This document shows positions 36,165-49,060 of a stretch of DNA of 64,000 bases, piece by piece. The notes below the pieces were generated by a model, which saw only the letters and a list, made by a program, of their open reading frames with translations, made no database searches and was not told the DNA's origin. The position numbers and the translations under genes were made by a program. The DNA comes from Eukaryota sp. TZLM1-RC (Eukaryota; Protista; Metamonada: BaSk clade), in NCBI GenBank assembly GCA_040285825.1, contig JAUPSS010000004.1, forward strand, positions 248,001-312,000. The letters are read 5' to 3'. The stretch's first letter is position 1, and the number at the start of each line of letters is the position of its first letter.

Positions 36165-38696
36165 GCTTACGTGGTCGTTATGATGCCGCTAAACAGTCCT
36201 TGCTTTCCTCTTCTTTGGCTGATGCAAACTCGGTTACCCTTGAAAAACTTCAAAAGTTGCATCTTCAAGAAAATTTCAAGTGCAGCAAGCCTGAAGTGTG
36301 TCCTTTTTGGATTGAAAATCCTATTACTGCAATCGAAGTTCTTAAAGCTATTCAAAAATTGCCAAAGGGGAAAGCAGCAGGCCCATCTGGAATTTCTTTT
36401 GATCTGTTAAAAATAGCGTGTTGCAGTGCTCCCGAAATTGCTGATGATCTAGCCCAGTATTTTCAACAATTAATTGTTTTGAAAATTAATCCTCCTTTTG
36501 AATTACTTGCTGTACGTCTGATTGCTTTGGTAAAGCCTGGTAATGGAATTAAACCGGATGGAATACACCCAATTGCTGTTGGTGAATCTCTATCTCGTTT
36601 GCTGGCATCAATTGTCTTCGATCGTGTCAAAGACAAAGCTTCTACATTTTTGAATCCTCATCAATTTGGAATTAAAACAATTGATGGTGCTTCTGTTGCT
36701 GCTATTGCCTCAGATACTTTTTTTAGTGCAGAGGAAAATAATTTTATTTTTAATCTTGACTTTAAAAATGCTTTTAATTCTGTAAAGCGAGAAGCGATTT
36801 TTGAAGTAATTAAATCTGATTTTCCTGAGCTATCGAGTTTTTTCTACCATTTTTATGGGAAAGAATCAGATTTAATTTATAATTCATTTGGTCTTAAATC
36901 ATCTTCTGGTGTGAAGCAAGGTGATCCTTTAGGCCCATTATTGTTTTGTTTAGCTATTCACAAAAATTTTAAATATCATTAAGCAAAAACACCCTTCTGT
37001 AAAAATAGTTGCTGATATGGATGATATATTTTTGATTGGTTCATTTGATTTACTAGAATTGGTTGCTCAAGAAATTGCCGATTCATATGAAAATATTGGG
37101 CTTTATCTGAATGCGAGCAAATGCCTTCTGATTGGCTCTTCTGCTCAAGATCTTGTGATAAACGATTCTATTGTCCCTTTTACCCATTATAGTAGTGATG
37201 CTTTTAAGTTCCTTGGTTGTTGGTTAGGAAACGTGCCTCAAATTCAGAATGAATTGCAAGTTATTTTGGAAAAAATGAAAATTGAACTTGATTCAATTTC
37301 TTCTTTAGATATAGAAAAGCATATTAAATTTTTCATGCTTAAAATTTGCTACACTTGGAGAATAACCCACATTTTGAGATCTTGTGCTCCTTCCATAGCA
37401 TTAGATTTTTGTCGTTCATTTAATTCATTGAGAACAGAATTTTTTGCTGATTTATTGGATGTAGAACCAGGAATGTTGAAAAGTCACTTATTTTCTTCAG
37501 CAAATTTGGGTGGTTTTGGATTTACTAAATCTTCAATTTTGTGTCAATCAGCATTCTTGGTGGTGACAAAAATTTTATTTATGAATTTTCTCGTAGATTT
37601 CCTGATGATTCTCATCTGTTAGTTCCCAATTGCAGTCCTTATTTGTATGAGTTATCTTGTGAACTTGAAAAATTGCCGCCACAAATTTGGACCAAATGTT
37701 CTCCTCAATCAATTCAAGAAATTCCAAACCGATCTCTTTTTAATTTACAGTTTTGCTGTAAAAAGCTTCAACAAAAATTGTCAAAGATTTTTGAAAGCTT
37801 GGCTTTTGATGTTAGACTTGGGTTGGCCAAGAAAAAGAATCCCGCTTTTGCAAATCTTTTACAAGATATGTGTGACAGTACTTCTTCTGCCTTAGAAACA
37901 ACAATTCCACAAGTTTATGGTACTCTCTTAACCGATTCTGCTTGGACTCTAAATATGAGATTTCGTTCCTTTATCTGGCCTGATAATTTACCTCATAATT
38001 TAATTTGTAAATGTTCTCGAGAAATTACAACTACTCATTTGTTAAATTGTAAAAATTTTATGACTTTTAGAAGCAAGGTTCATGATGCTGTAAGAGACCA
38101 GCTATATTGTATGTGTAAATCTCATAGAATTGAATCCTTCTTGGAACCTCTCTTGTCAAATCTGTTTGATGCTGAAGATGATTTTTGTAAGAATAATAGA
38201 GGTGATGTTATATTACCTGGATTAGATGGAAGTTTCATTTTATTGGATGTAATGTCTGTTGATCCTTGTAATGCTTCAAATGAAAGGCCAGTTAATTCTG
38301 AAATTCATAATCCCCTTTCAAATGCTGAAAATTTTAAATTCAAAAAATACAATGAACCTTTGTCCAAATTGGCCAGCCTGCAGCATGCAAAATACAATTT
38401 GTATCCATTTGTATTTTCCCTTTTTGGTTCCCTTGCACCAACTGCTTTACGTTTTTTGGATGACTTTGAAATGATTGTAAAGAAAAGAACTGGCAGAAAT
38501 TTTAACAGATTGTTTTGGCAAAATAGAATTGTGTTTTCTAATTTTAAGGGGATGTTGAAGATGGTTTCTGATGCTTTGCTTTCTCTTGGATCTCACTATG
38601 AGAGAGTTGCATCTAGGGTTTTTGTTCTGGGAGAGATGGATTTTTAGATGTTGATTTATAGGTTTTGAATAAAATTAAAATTTTGGTAAAAACAAA
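36165..38696 (+). mobile_element. 5'-truncated CRE-like element (RT, zinc knuckle, RLE), TSD GGCACAATCTT
   Basis: TSD at 36154-36164 and 38697-38707; RT and RLE motifs with few frameshifts; A-rich tail. Confidence 0.93.
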
Positions 38697-39797
38697 GGCA
38701 CAATCTTATAATTCACCTTTACGTAGAGCTTAAGAAGCGAAAATTATAAGTACACAGAAAAGTCAATAATCTAAATTCCAACTCACATACTCAATACCTT
38801 CTTTGTCCTTTTGCTATTTCTTTATTTGGAACCTCAAGTAAAACTGCGTTATTTTTTATGGACGATTTTTCATACATTGTCAAAAACAGAACTGAAAGAA
38901 TATTTGACCGAACCTTTTGGCAAAATAGAATTGTATTTTCTATTTTTAAAGGCATAGCCTTGTTTCTAGCTCGTTGTTATCACTAGGAAGATTTAATAAA
39001 GAAAATGCTCTAGGTAAATTTTCAATGGTAGATGTGGAGTTTGAGGACATTGATTTTTAGTTTTTAACAATTTCTTTTGAATAAAATAAGTTTCCAAAAA
39101 TATTGTTATCAATCCACATTATTTCTGTTAAATCGAGAATAAATAGAGAATTTGAAATTAAACTTTTTCTGCAATTTCAACAAAAGCCTTTTGCACCAAC
39201 AAGGAAGTAAATTAGAAGCAAAGACTATCGTTAGAATATTTGTCCTGAAGCCATACTAGAATTTCTCGTGAACACAACTAATAGTTTCTAAATCAACACC
39301 ATCAAGATTTCCACAATGAATGGCCCATCCATTTGTCAGTTTTTGTCATTTTTCTATTGTTAGTAACATAGTCATCAAGGTTTGTGTTGAATTGAAACAA
39401 GATAGAATTAGAACAAGACAGTGGACTAGTTAGTTAAGGTGTAATGCTTGCAGTGACAGCGGTACAATCCTTCCGTTGCAACATCTACAACAACTATCTG
39501 TTCAAGGTCAAATCTTTGCCTTACGATTTGAGATGTATTCACATGTCACCAATCAATCAGCACCAGAATGATGATCTTTCTAGCACTCTAGCTCACCTTC
39601 TCATGTCATCTAAGGAGACAATCTCCATTGTGGACTATGTTGAACGCAACTATCCCTGTCCAGATCCTACTTATCAACCGTTCGATCTCAACTGTGATGA
39701 TCCTAAAGAGTTCCGTATCTCCCCTTTGAGTATGTCGCTTTGATCATCGCTTATCCCAGAACTGGCTTTATGGACATCAATACTGATTCTGATCATT

Positions 39798-42700
39798 GTG
39801 ACAATAATAACGTTTTCAACACCTTCTGTTCCTCTCTCTGGTACTATTGTTGATAGGCGAACAGACCTTCCCATCGAATCTGCCACTGTTACACTGTTCA
39901 TTCAAAACGAGAAACCTCTGACCACACAAACCAACAGTAAAGGAAGGTTCATTTTCTCCCATGTCAAAGTAGGAAAGTACCAGCTCCTTTTGGATCATCC
40001 GAGCTATTATAATCAGTCATTACAGGTAGGTGCCGTCAGCAATGATGAAAACAGTATACGTCTTGCTCTAGACCCCTTCTATTACGTGTATACTGGTGTA
40101 GTTGCTGATGCGGACTCTGATCATCTCTTGCAACATGTTCATGTCACACTAACCACTGATGCAGAACAGGTCGAAACAACAACCAACTCTCAAGGGGTTT
40201 TCATGACTGAATTATGGTCTGGAATCTACCACATAACACTCCAACTCAATGGCTACCACGAACTTTCCCAATCGTTGGCTCTTGCTTCCTCCACATCCCC
40301 TATTCCTTTTAGATTATCCAAGATCTTGTTTGATATAAACATAGTTGTTGTTGACTCTCTCTCTAAACTCCCCATTCCCAACACAGTCGTGGTTCTCGAG
40401 TCTTTTGACGTTTTTGCCATAACCGACCAATTAGGGCAGGTCTTATTCAATAATCAGCGTCCCTTAGTGTATTTCATTTCACTTTTTCATCATTTGTACC
40501 ACAATGCCACGCTTTCCGTAACTCATCAAAGTTCGGATGTTGTTGAAACCATGCTTGTGCCAATTACTGAACAAGTTTCGTTTTCAGTTTTTGATTCTTC
40601 CACTTCCACGCCAATTGAAGGAGTGACTGTGAAACTTGACTCTGTTCAGGAAGTATCTTCACCAGAAGGCATTGTACAGTTTGAAGGGGTTCGTTTAGAT
40701 ACTTACAACGTTGAATTTGTTCATGAATTATTTCATCCCCAAAATGTCTCTCTTGAAGTCGTGCCGTACTTCAACTCTCTCACCATATTCCTTGACGCTG
40801 TTCTGGTCAACGTGTCGGTAGCTGTTATTGATCATAATGGAGACCATGTTCCCAATGCTGAAGTGTCGAGCATGAATCAAATCACTTCTACTAACTCTGT
40901 TGGTATGTTTCAGCTGACCGGACTGAGGTTGAGTTCCAACACAAATGTTAATGTTGATCACCCCAAGTTTCATCAAAACAGCTTTTCATTGAATGTAGAA
41001 GTACCCAATCCCGAATCACCATTGTACATTGTCGAGTTGCTTCCAATTACCTTTGATTTGAAAGTTCTTGTTTATGATCAAACTAACAGTCTTCCAGTAA
41101 CAAGTGCCACAGCTGACCTTTCAATCGATGGAGCTTCAATTCAAGTTGGTGTAGGTAATAATAAGGGTATTATTGATTTAAAAGAGCTATTGGTTGCTGA
41201 TTACTCGATCATTTTGAATTCGATAGGTTATTACTCTGGTTCGTTTGAACTTGGAAGATTGAACTCAAAACAAACAATTGAATTTTCATTAGAACCAAAG
41301 CTGTTCACTGTGTCTGGAAATGCTGGTGGAATTAAAGATGTAGAAGTAAGTCTAAAAGGCACTGAATGGTCAGCAACAACTGATGAAGAAGGAGAGTTCT
41401 CCATCCAACACGTTCGCTATGGAACCTATACCATTGTTTACCAACATTCTGATTATGAAGTTGTGGAGCAGGAAAATGTTGATGTACATGGAGATCTTGC
41501 ACTGGACGGTATTCAACTCGCAATCAAAACTTTTTCTGTTCAATTAACCATTTACGATCAAGAATCCTTGATTTTACTGTCAGGTGTGAGCGTTCAACTT
41601 ACTGATTCTGCTGAAGCGGTCATCACAGACTCATCAAATGACCGTGGGGTTGTTTTATTTGAAGATGTTGACCTTGGACAGTACACAATTCTACTGGAAA
41701 GTACTGGATTTGAAAGCAAAACTCTAACTGAAATCGACATTCAAGCTGATCATTTCAGTAACATTTACCTTGAATCAAAGCTGTTCACTGTGTCTGGAAA
41801 TGCTGGTGGTATTGAACATGTGAAAGTAAGTCTAAAAGGTACTGAAAGGTCAACAACATCTAATGAAGATGGAGACTTTTCCATCGATAATGTTCGCTAT
41901 GGAACCTATACCATTGTTTACCAACATTCTGACTATGAAGTTTTGGAGCAGGAAGATGTTGATGTACATGGAGATCTTGCACTGGACGTTATTCAACTCG
42001 CAATCAAAACCTTTTCTGTTCAATTAACCATTTACGATCAAGAATCCTTGATTTTACTGTCAGGTGTGAGCGTTCAACTTACTGATTCTGCTGAAGCGGT
42101 CATCACAGACTCATCAAATGACCGTGGGGTTGTTTTATTTGAAGATGTTGACCTTGGACAGTACACAATTCTACTAGAAAGTACCGGATTTGAAAGCAAA
42201 ACTCTATCTGAAATCGACATTCAAGCTGATTATTTCAGTAACATTTACCTTGAATCAAAGCTATTCACTGTGTCTGGAAATGCTGGTGGTATTGAACATG
42301 TGAAAGTAAGTCTAAAAGGTACTGAAAGGTCAACAACATCTAATGAAGATGGAGACTTTTCCTTCCAACACGTTCGCTATGGAACCTATACCATTGTTTA
42401 CCAACATTCTGACTATGAAGTTTTGGAGCAGGAAGATGTTGATGTACATGGAGATCTTGCACTGGACGTTATTCAACTCGCAATCAAAACCTTTTTGTTC
42501 AATTAACCATTTACGATCAAGAATCCTTGATTTTACTGTCAGGTGTGAGCGTTCAACTTACTGATTCTGCTGAAGCGGTCATCACAGACTCATCAAATGA
42601 CCGTGGGGTTGTTTTATTTGAAGACGTTGACCTTGGACAGTACACAATTCTACTAGAAAGTACTGGATTTGAAAGCAAAACTCTAACTGAAATCGACATT

Positions 42701-45598
42701 CAAGCTGATCATTTCAGTAACATTTACCTTGAATCAAAGCTGTTCACTGTGTCTGGAAATGCTGGTGGTATTGAACATGTGAAAGTAAGTCTAAAAGGTA
42801 CTGAAAGGTCAACAACATCTAATGAAGATGGAGACTTTTCCATCGATAATGTTCGCTATGGAACCTATACCATTGTTTACCAACATTCTGATTATGAAGT
42901 TTTGGAGCAGGAAAATGTTGACGTACATGGGGATCTTGCACTGGACGGTATTCAACTCGCAATCAAAACTTTTTCTGTTCAATTAACCATTTACGATCAA
43001 GAATCCTTGATTTTACTGTCAGGTGTGAGCGTTCAACTTACTGATTCTGCTGAAGCGGTCATCACAGACTCATCAAATGACCGTGGGGTTGTTTTATTTG
43101 AAGATGTTGACCTTGGACAGTACACAATTCTACTAGAAAGTACTGGATTTGAAAGCAAAACTCTATCTGAAATCGACATTCAAGCTGATCATTTCAGTAA
43201 CATTTACCTTGAATCAAAGCTATTCACTGTGTCTGGAAATGCTGGTGGAATTGAAGATGTAGAAGTAAGTCTAAAAGGCACTGAATGGTCAGCAACAACT
43301 GATGAAGAAGGAGAGTTCTCCATCAAACACGTTCGCTATGGAACCTATACCATTGTTTACCAACATTCTGATTATGAAGTTTTGGAGCAGGAAAATGTTG
43401 ACGTACATGGAGATCTTGCACTGGACGGTATTCAACTCGCAATCAAAACTTTTTCTGTTCAATTAACCATTTACGATCAAGAATCCTTGATTTTACTGTC
43501 AGGTGTGAGCGTTCAACTTACTGATTCTGCTGAAGCGGTCATCACAGACTCATCAAATGACCGTGGGGTTGTTTTATTTGAAGATGTTGACCTTGGACAG
43601 TACACAATTCTACTGGAAAGTACTGGATTTGAAAGCAAAACTATAACTGAAATCGACATTCAAGCTGATCATTTCAGTAACATTTACCTTGAATCAAAGC
43701 TGTTCACTGTGTCTGGAAATGCTGGTGGTATTGAACATGTGAAAGTAAGTCTAAAAGGTACTGAAAGGTCAACAACATCTAATGAAGATGGAGACTTTTC
43801 CATCGATAATGTTCGCTATGGAACCTATACCATTGTTTACCAACATTCTGACTATGAAGTTTTGGAGCAGGAAGATGTTGATGTACATGGAGATCTTGCA
43901 CTGGACGTTATTCAACTCGCAATCAAAACCTTTTCTGTTCAATTAACCATTTACGATCAAGAATCCTTGATTTTACTGTCAGGTGTGAGCGTTCAACTTA
44001 CTGATTCTGCTGAAGCGGTCATCACAGACTCATCAAATGACCGTGGGGTTGTTTTATTTGAAGATGTTGACCTTGGACAGTACACAATTCTACTAGAAAG
44101 TACCGGATTTGAAAGCAAAACTCTATCTGAAATCGACATTCAAGCTGATTATTTCAGTAACATTTACCTTGAATCAAAGCTATTCACTGTGTCTGGAAAT
44201 GCTGGTGGTATTGAACATGTGAAAGTAAGTCTAAAAGGTACTGAAAGGTCAACAACATCTAATGAAGATGGAGACTTTTCCTTCCAACACGTTCGCTATG
44301 GAACCTATACCATTGTTTACCAACATTCTGACTATGAAGTTTTGGAGCAGGAAGATGTTGATGTACATGGAGATCTTGCACTGGACGTTATTCAACTCGC
44401 AATCAAAACCTTTTTTGTTCAATTAACCATTTACGATCAAGAATCCTTGATTTTACTGTCAGGTGTGAGCGTTCAACTTACTGATTCTGCTGAAGCGGTC
44501 ATCACAGACTCATCAAATGACCGTGGGGTTGTTTTATTTGAAGATGTTGACCTTGGACAGTACACAATTCTACTAGTAAGTACTGGATTTGAAAGCAAAA
44601 CTCTAACTGAAATCGACATTCAAGCTGATCATTTCAGTAACATTTACCTTGAATCAAAGCTGTTCACTGTGTCTGGAAATGCTGGTGGTATTGAACATGT
44701 GAAAGTAAGTCTAAAAGGTACTGAAAGGTCAACAACATCTAATGAAGATGGAGACTTTTCCATCGATAATGTTCGCTATGGAACCTATACCATTGTTTAC
44801 CAACATTCTGATTATGAAGTTTTGGAGCAGGAAAATGTTGACGTACATGGAGATCTTGCACTGGACGGTATTCAACTCGCAATCAAAACTTTTTCTGTTC
44901 AATTAACCGTTTACGATCAAGAATCCTTGATTTTACTGTCAGGTGTGAGCGTTCAACTTACTGATTCTGCTGAAGCGGTCATCACAGACCCATCAAATGA
45001 CCGTGGGGTTGTTTTATTTGAAGATGTTGACCTTGGACAGTACACAATTCTACTAGAAAGCACTGGATTTGAAAGCAAAACTCTATCTGAAATCGACATT
45101 CAAGCTGATCATTTCAGTAACATTTACCTTGAATCAAAGCTATTCACTGTGTCTGGAAATGCTGGTGGAATTGAAGATGTAGAAGTAAGTCTAAAAGGCA
45201 CTGAATGGTCAGCAACAACTGATGAAGAAGGAGAGTTCTCCATCCAACACGTTCGCTATGGAACCTATACCATTGTTTACCAACATTCTGATTATGAAGT
45301 TTTGGAGCAGGAAAATTTTGACGTACATGATGACGTCACAGATCTGACTGTCACATTGAATTTGCATTCATTCAATGTCAATGGCTATGTGGTTAACGAG
45401 AATGGAGACCGGCTGGAAGATGTTAAAGTCCAAGTAGATTCCTTGGAAGAGGCCACAACTGATAGTTCAGGATTCTTTACTCTTGCTCTGTCCAATGGTG
45501 CATATGATGTGACGTTTGAATTCAATGAAAGCACAATCACTCAAACAATAACGATTGATGACCAAGATGTTTTTAAACTTTTCATTTTTGATTTGTAG
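39798..45598 (+). CDS. Giant carboxypeptidase-regulatory-like (CarboxypepD_reg/PEGA-like) repeat protein; frameshift at ~42492; true 5' end probably ~39317
   Basis: Repeated beta-sandwich pattern (G.V.D...PI..A.V.L...T.S.G.F...G.Y.I...GY); ORFs of 902 and 1023 aa joined by T5 vs T6; signal-peptide-like and intron-like sequence at 39317-39455 is disrupted. Confidence 0.8.
41298..45330 (+). repeat. 480-bp (160-aa) tandem repeat, ~8.4 units, with a 1920-bp higher-order period
   Basis: Unit starts near 41298, 41778, 42258, 42737, 43217, 43697, 44177, 44657, 45137. Confidence 0.97.
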
Positions 45599-45646
45599 AT
45601 AAAGATATAAACAATGATTATAAAATGGTAATAAACAACTGTATAA

Positions 45647-47614
45647 TCAACAACAACAACAAAATAATCTAAACAAGCAATTTCGCTTTGGAGGCAAATC
45701 AATGACTTCCTTTTCAGGCTTGATAGGACCCGGTTGGGGGACAGGACGTGGTTGGGGAGCAGGACCTGGTGGAGGGTTAGGACCTGGTTGGGGAACAGGA
45801 CGTGATTGGGGGACAGGATTGACGGTTATGATTGGTTCTCTTCTTGCCAAGTAGAGACTTTTCAGAGAGCAACACGCTTCTTGACGTAGATTCTCATCAA
45901 TGTTGGGATTATCAACAACTCTTTTAGCATTTTTGAAGAATCCATTGCCACTTAAAAACAACTCATACTTTTGTTTTAAACACTCAGCATCTGACACATC
46001 ATTTACAGACTCCAAAAGTCGGTTAGCAAGGGGAATAAGAAAATTACATCGACTTTTCTTGAGTTCATTTGCCAGGGAAACCAATTGGGAGGAAGAAACG
46101 ACTTGTTTTTCTGGTTGCATCCGAATCTCATCACTGAATTCTGATAGTGTTTGATTCCACAAAGCGACTCTAGCAGTTTGCTTCTTTTGTGCCACAAGAA
46201 AGCTCGTGGACAATAGATCAGGATTCGAGTCTTGGGCAATATTGGCAAAGTAATCTCTCAAATCATTAGTTGAATTGCGTTCACAATTAAACCATAGAAA
46301 AGCATCAATTGTTTCAAAGTAAGGATTCTTGAGCAGACTCTTGAGCTTGGTTAATTTTGAATCAGAAACAGAACAATTTCTTTCACAAAGGATATTTCTG
46401 ACCAAGTCAAATCTACCATTTATCAAATACACTTTTAAAGTGATTTCTTCTAGTTTGGCTTTATCCGATCCATTTACATAGTGGAGATAAGAACATCCTT
46501 CATGTACAAAGACAAAAGCTTCAGCAAACATCATTCGGTTGTAGTAAACATTGGCGATATCAAAGAAGTTCTGGACACAACTTTTTTCCATCTCTGCAGT
46601 AACTTGAAAACCTTGAACCTTGTCAAGCAGACACATCGCAGATCCAAGACTCGCCCCATTAGATAAGCGACAGCGGCGAGCAGGAAAGTTTGTGGAGTCA
46701 AGATAAGTGGCGATAAGATACTGAAATGTGGCCAGGTTTTGGCCAATGTGTTCTTTCTGAAAGGTGAGCAAACGAGAGAATGTTGCCTGAAGTGATGAAC
46801 TTCCAATAAGGAATTTCAAATCAGAAAGTCCTTTGGGTTGAAGGTCGTTAAGAGTGCTTATCAGATCGTTCCGAATGGTTTCTAACTTACGGGGAATATT
46901 GTTGACGACGTCGTGGCAACCTTCATAAAGAGCAACCCAGAAAATAGCATTGTCCGGAGTATCAGCAAATAAGGAATTCATAGACCCACCACTCTTGATC
47001 ATTGGTCTGATTCTTTCGATTTGATGCTTGATATATAGAAATAGAGCTTTCTCAGCAAGATAAAAGACAATGTCATCAGGAGGTTGATCATCAAAAGCGT
47101 TTCTTAATTCTGGATATTGATTCCATTCAGATAAATGGTTGGAGAACACGTTGACGAACTTTTGTGCTTCCTCTTTGGAGGCAAGGAAGTGAGGAAAGTG
47201 GTAAATGAGCAATAGGAGCACAAAGTACTGAACATGAGGATTCTTATACTGACGCAGCAACAACGAGTGATCAATCATGTGGTCAGCATTGATGGGGTGA
47301 TTCTTCTCTCTGGAATGCCTGATGGGAAGGTATTCCTTGTAAAAGAGGTACAGCGCTTCTTCATGGCCCTTCTTTGCTGCTTGTGTGAAGTAATCCAGGG
47401 CGAGCATAAGATCAGGCTGTTCCTGCTTAAGAAGAACCGTTGCAGCAGTGTACAAAAAATCCACATTACCTCCTTCTGCCACAGTCACCAGAGCACGTGT
47501 ACCATCAGCATTGTGTGGTCCGAGTGACTCATACTTTGCGATTAGCTGTGCTTTTGAAGGAGCTATTGGCTGGTCCTGAAGGACAAGCTGGACATCATTC
47601 GTGCTGATTGACAT
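45647..47614 (-). CDS. Helical protein with Sel1-like repeat, Pro-rich tail and C-terminal CCCC
   Basis: 655-aa ORF; LALDYFTQAAKKGHEEALY; PVPQPGP repeats; ends CLFRLFCCCC. Confidence 0.85.
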   Translation of the reverse strand: MSISTNDVQLVLQDQPIAPSKAQLIAKYESLGPHNADGTRALVTVAEGGNVDFLYTAATVLLKQEQPDLMLALDYFTQAAKKGHEEALYLFYKEYLPIRHSREKNHPINADHMIDHSLLLRQYKNPHVQYFVLLLLIYHFPHFLASKEEAQKFVNVFSNHLSEWNQYPELRNAFDDQPPDDIVFYLAEKALFLYIKHQIERIRPMIKSGGSMNSLFADTPDNAIFWVALYEGCHDVVNNIPRKLETIRNDLISTLNDLQPKGLSDLKFLIGSSSLQATFSRLLTFQKEHIGQNLATFQYLIATYLDSTNFPARRCRLSNGASLGSAMCLLDKVQGFQVTAEMEKSCVQNFFDIANVYYNRMMFAEAFVFVHEGCSYLHYVNGSDKAKLEEITLKVYLINGRFDLVRNILCERNCSVSDSKLTKLKSLLKNPYFETIDAFLWFNCERNSTNDLRDYFANIAQDSNPDLLSTSFLVAQKKQTARVALWNQTLSEFSDEIRMQPEKQVVSSSQLVSLANELKKSRCNFLIPLANRLLESVNDVSDAECLKQKYELFLSGNGFFKNAKRVVDNPNIDENLRQEACCSLKSLYLARREPIITVNPVPQSRPVPQPGPNPPPGPAPQPRPVPQPGPIKPEKEVIDLPPKRNCLFRLFCCCC

Positions 47615-48029
47615 TGATTTGAAATTGATAAAGTTCTGTCATGTTTGGTTTTAAGGTGAGATGACAAGTTGGACATGTTCTTATGTTTCTCTACGTCAAA
47701 TGTTGATCTCTGCAACGTACTATTGTACACCTGGGATGAAATCTCAACTTGATATACATCGACTGTTGTGTTGTTGTACAGTTCGATTGAAATGGGATAC
47801 TATCAAACAATCCAAAATTCTTATTATCGTTAATATCGTTCTTCACAATTTAAAAACTTGCTTTGGTTTGAGGGTTGAGTTCCTGGAGTTCCTTGAGACT
47901 TGCTCGTGAAAATATTTTAAACCTGATGGATGATGAATTATCAGATATAAGTCGAGAACATGATATTGAAAACAATGATCGAGGCGAAAACTAATATCCA
48001 AATCCATTTGTGTACCTTTAATTCAATAA

Positions 48030-49060
48030 TCAATAAATTCAATTAAAAGAACAATTACAAATCACACCCCATGAGAACTCATGTTTGGGTCTTCAATTAT
48101 CCAAAGATCAGATTGTGATACCATCATTGGAGGCCTCTTAGATTTCGAATCCATTGTCCCCTTTTGGCAGGACCACAACTCAAAACCGAACGCTTCCACA
48201 AATATGAGAACATGCAAAGAAGCACCGATTTTAAATCAATAACAATATTTTTAAAAGAAACAATAGAGAAAAAACATTTAATAATGGTGATCTTTCCTGA
48301 TATGTTGTTGTTACTAATATACTAACTTGGTAGACAGATGAGGAATTTACATGATGACGTGGCACTTGTTCAAGAACAAGTATTTCTATTAATAAAGCAC
48401 TCTTTTCTTCTTTAGTATTTCTGCCTAACGGCATCAGATAGTCAAAACAAGATAATAAATTACACAAATCTTAGTTTACCACATTCAAAATTGCAAAGAT
48501 CTCCTCCAATTCCAGATTAACAAACACGAACCTGGGTACTTGTATGACAGAAGTGTTAGATGTAGAATAAGATCAGATCACGTATGAAGACCACACAGTA
48601 ATTGGATTTAATGAAGCTTTTCCATTGGTCACTGCAATAAAAACCAGCAGAAGCACTGTAAACTTTGAAGCACCGACTTTTTTGATGCTTTTGATTTTCT
48701 GAGCCCAATCACATCCACTAACAAAAGCAACCATGCCATCGAAGAAATCCTTGAAAATTATCACCTAAAACCTTTCTATATTATACGATAGATTAAGTGG
48801 CAAGACTACCGAGGAATTTTGTTTCATTCAATCAGTTATTCAGAAGCATATCCGCGAGTTTATGGAAACTAAATCAAACAAATGTAAATACACTCAATTC
48901 ATTAGCTCAACTCAAACTCTTCCTGAGCCAAATCATTTTCTGATAAGCAGGTGGAAGAACAATCGTAAAAAATTTGAATTAGGAAACCTGAGAAGGTGGT
49001 GTAGGTTTCTCACTAGTGAACACCCCCATATAGAATGGAATTAAATAAAACTTTATGTCA
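48030..49060 (+). mobile_element. Second decayed copy of the integrase-tail/chromodomain/PPT/LTR-start region (family of 10730-12610)
   Basis: gaactcatgtttgggtc vs gaactgatgtttgggtc; PPT then tgtaggtttctcactagtga at 49000 vs tgtaggtatctcactagtga at 12552. Confidence 0.75.
48303..48436 (+). mobile_element. Solo LTR, TGTT...GGCATCA family, TSD GATA
   Basis: tgttgttgtt...tctgcctaacggcatca; GATA at 48299-48302 and 48437-48440. Confidence 0.9.

Larger units (their letters stand above)
33258..39100 (+). mobile_element. Decayed CRE-like host copy interrupted by an LTR element (33724-35453) and another CRE copy (36165-38696)
   Basis: Rejoining gives tctcaatcg|ttttcctgaag (compare reverse strand near 26550) and NEKLAQSYNSPLRRA; RLE tail at 38700-39060. 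Confidence 0.85.

Noticed and set aside
35783-36982. Novel RLE-before-RT protein
   Set aside because: Chance in-frame fusion at a nested insertion, shown by the GGCACAATCTT TSD
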